Positions 63,891-64,000 of a stretch of DNA of 64,000 bases are shown one piece after another. The notes under the pieces are model-generated. The model saw only the letters and a program-made list of their open reading frames with translations. It searched no databases and had not been told where the DNA came from. The position numbers and the translations under genes are program-made. The stretch is from Octopus sinensis (Eukaryota): positions 92,752,001 through 92,816,000 of the forward strand of contig NC_043000.1 in assembly GCF_006345805.1 (NCBI RefSeq). The letters are read 5' to 3'. Within the stretch, counting starts at the first letter, position 1; each line of letters starts with the position of its first letter.

Positions 63891-64000
63891 AGAGAAAGGA
63901 GAAACAAGGAAGGAGAAATAAAGCAAGAAGAGAGGGAAATAGGCAATGGGATAGAGATAAACAGCAGAGAGAAATAGAGAGAGAGAGACAGAATGAGAAA
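62830..64000. repeat. GA-rich low-complexity/polypurine tract
   Basis: Directly visible (GA)n/AAAG. Confidence 0.9.

Overview
This is an AT-rich eukaryotic window dominated by microsatellites and transposons. The SINE repertoire suggests a coleoid cephalopod such as Octopus (inference). I found no host protein-coding gene I can support, and most ORFs in the track are translated (TA)n/(TAA)n/(GAT)n repeats. Recognisable content: (1) a full-length ~3.9 kb R4/Dong-type non-LTR retrotransposon (RT + CCHC + restriction-like endonuclease) in a TAA microsatellite, plus seven fragments, together from several families, nearly all at TAA tracts with one polarity; (2) a 555-bp non-coding element with fixed ends in the same tracts; (3) a 3.0 kb Gypsy element whose RT/RNase H has been deleted in frame; (4) Tc1, mariner, maT, piggyBac-MITE, HINE and Penelope-RT remnants; (5) three abundant tRNA-derived SINE families, labelled A, B and C here. 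The most striking unexplained structure is a series of long inverted repeats at (TA)n tracts, several containing minimal hammerhead-ribozyme motifs. One is a head-to-head pair of a tRNA-headed, hammerhead-bearing element (24962-25564). Another is a 480-bp near-perfect hairpin whose fold-back point lies inside a hammerhead core. Coordinates were counted by eye and may be off by a few bases. Family names are pattern-based, with no database search.
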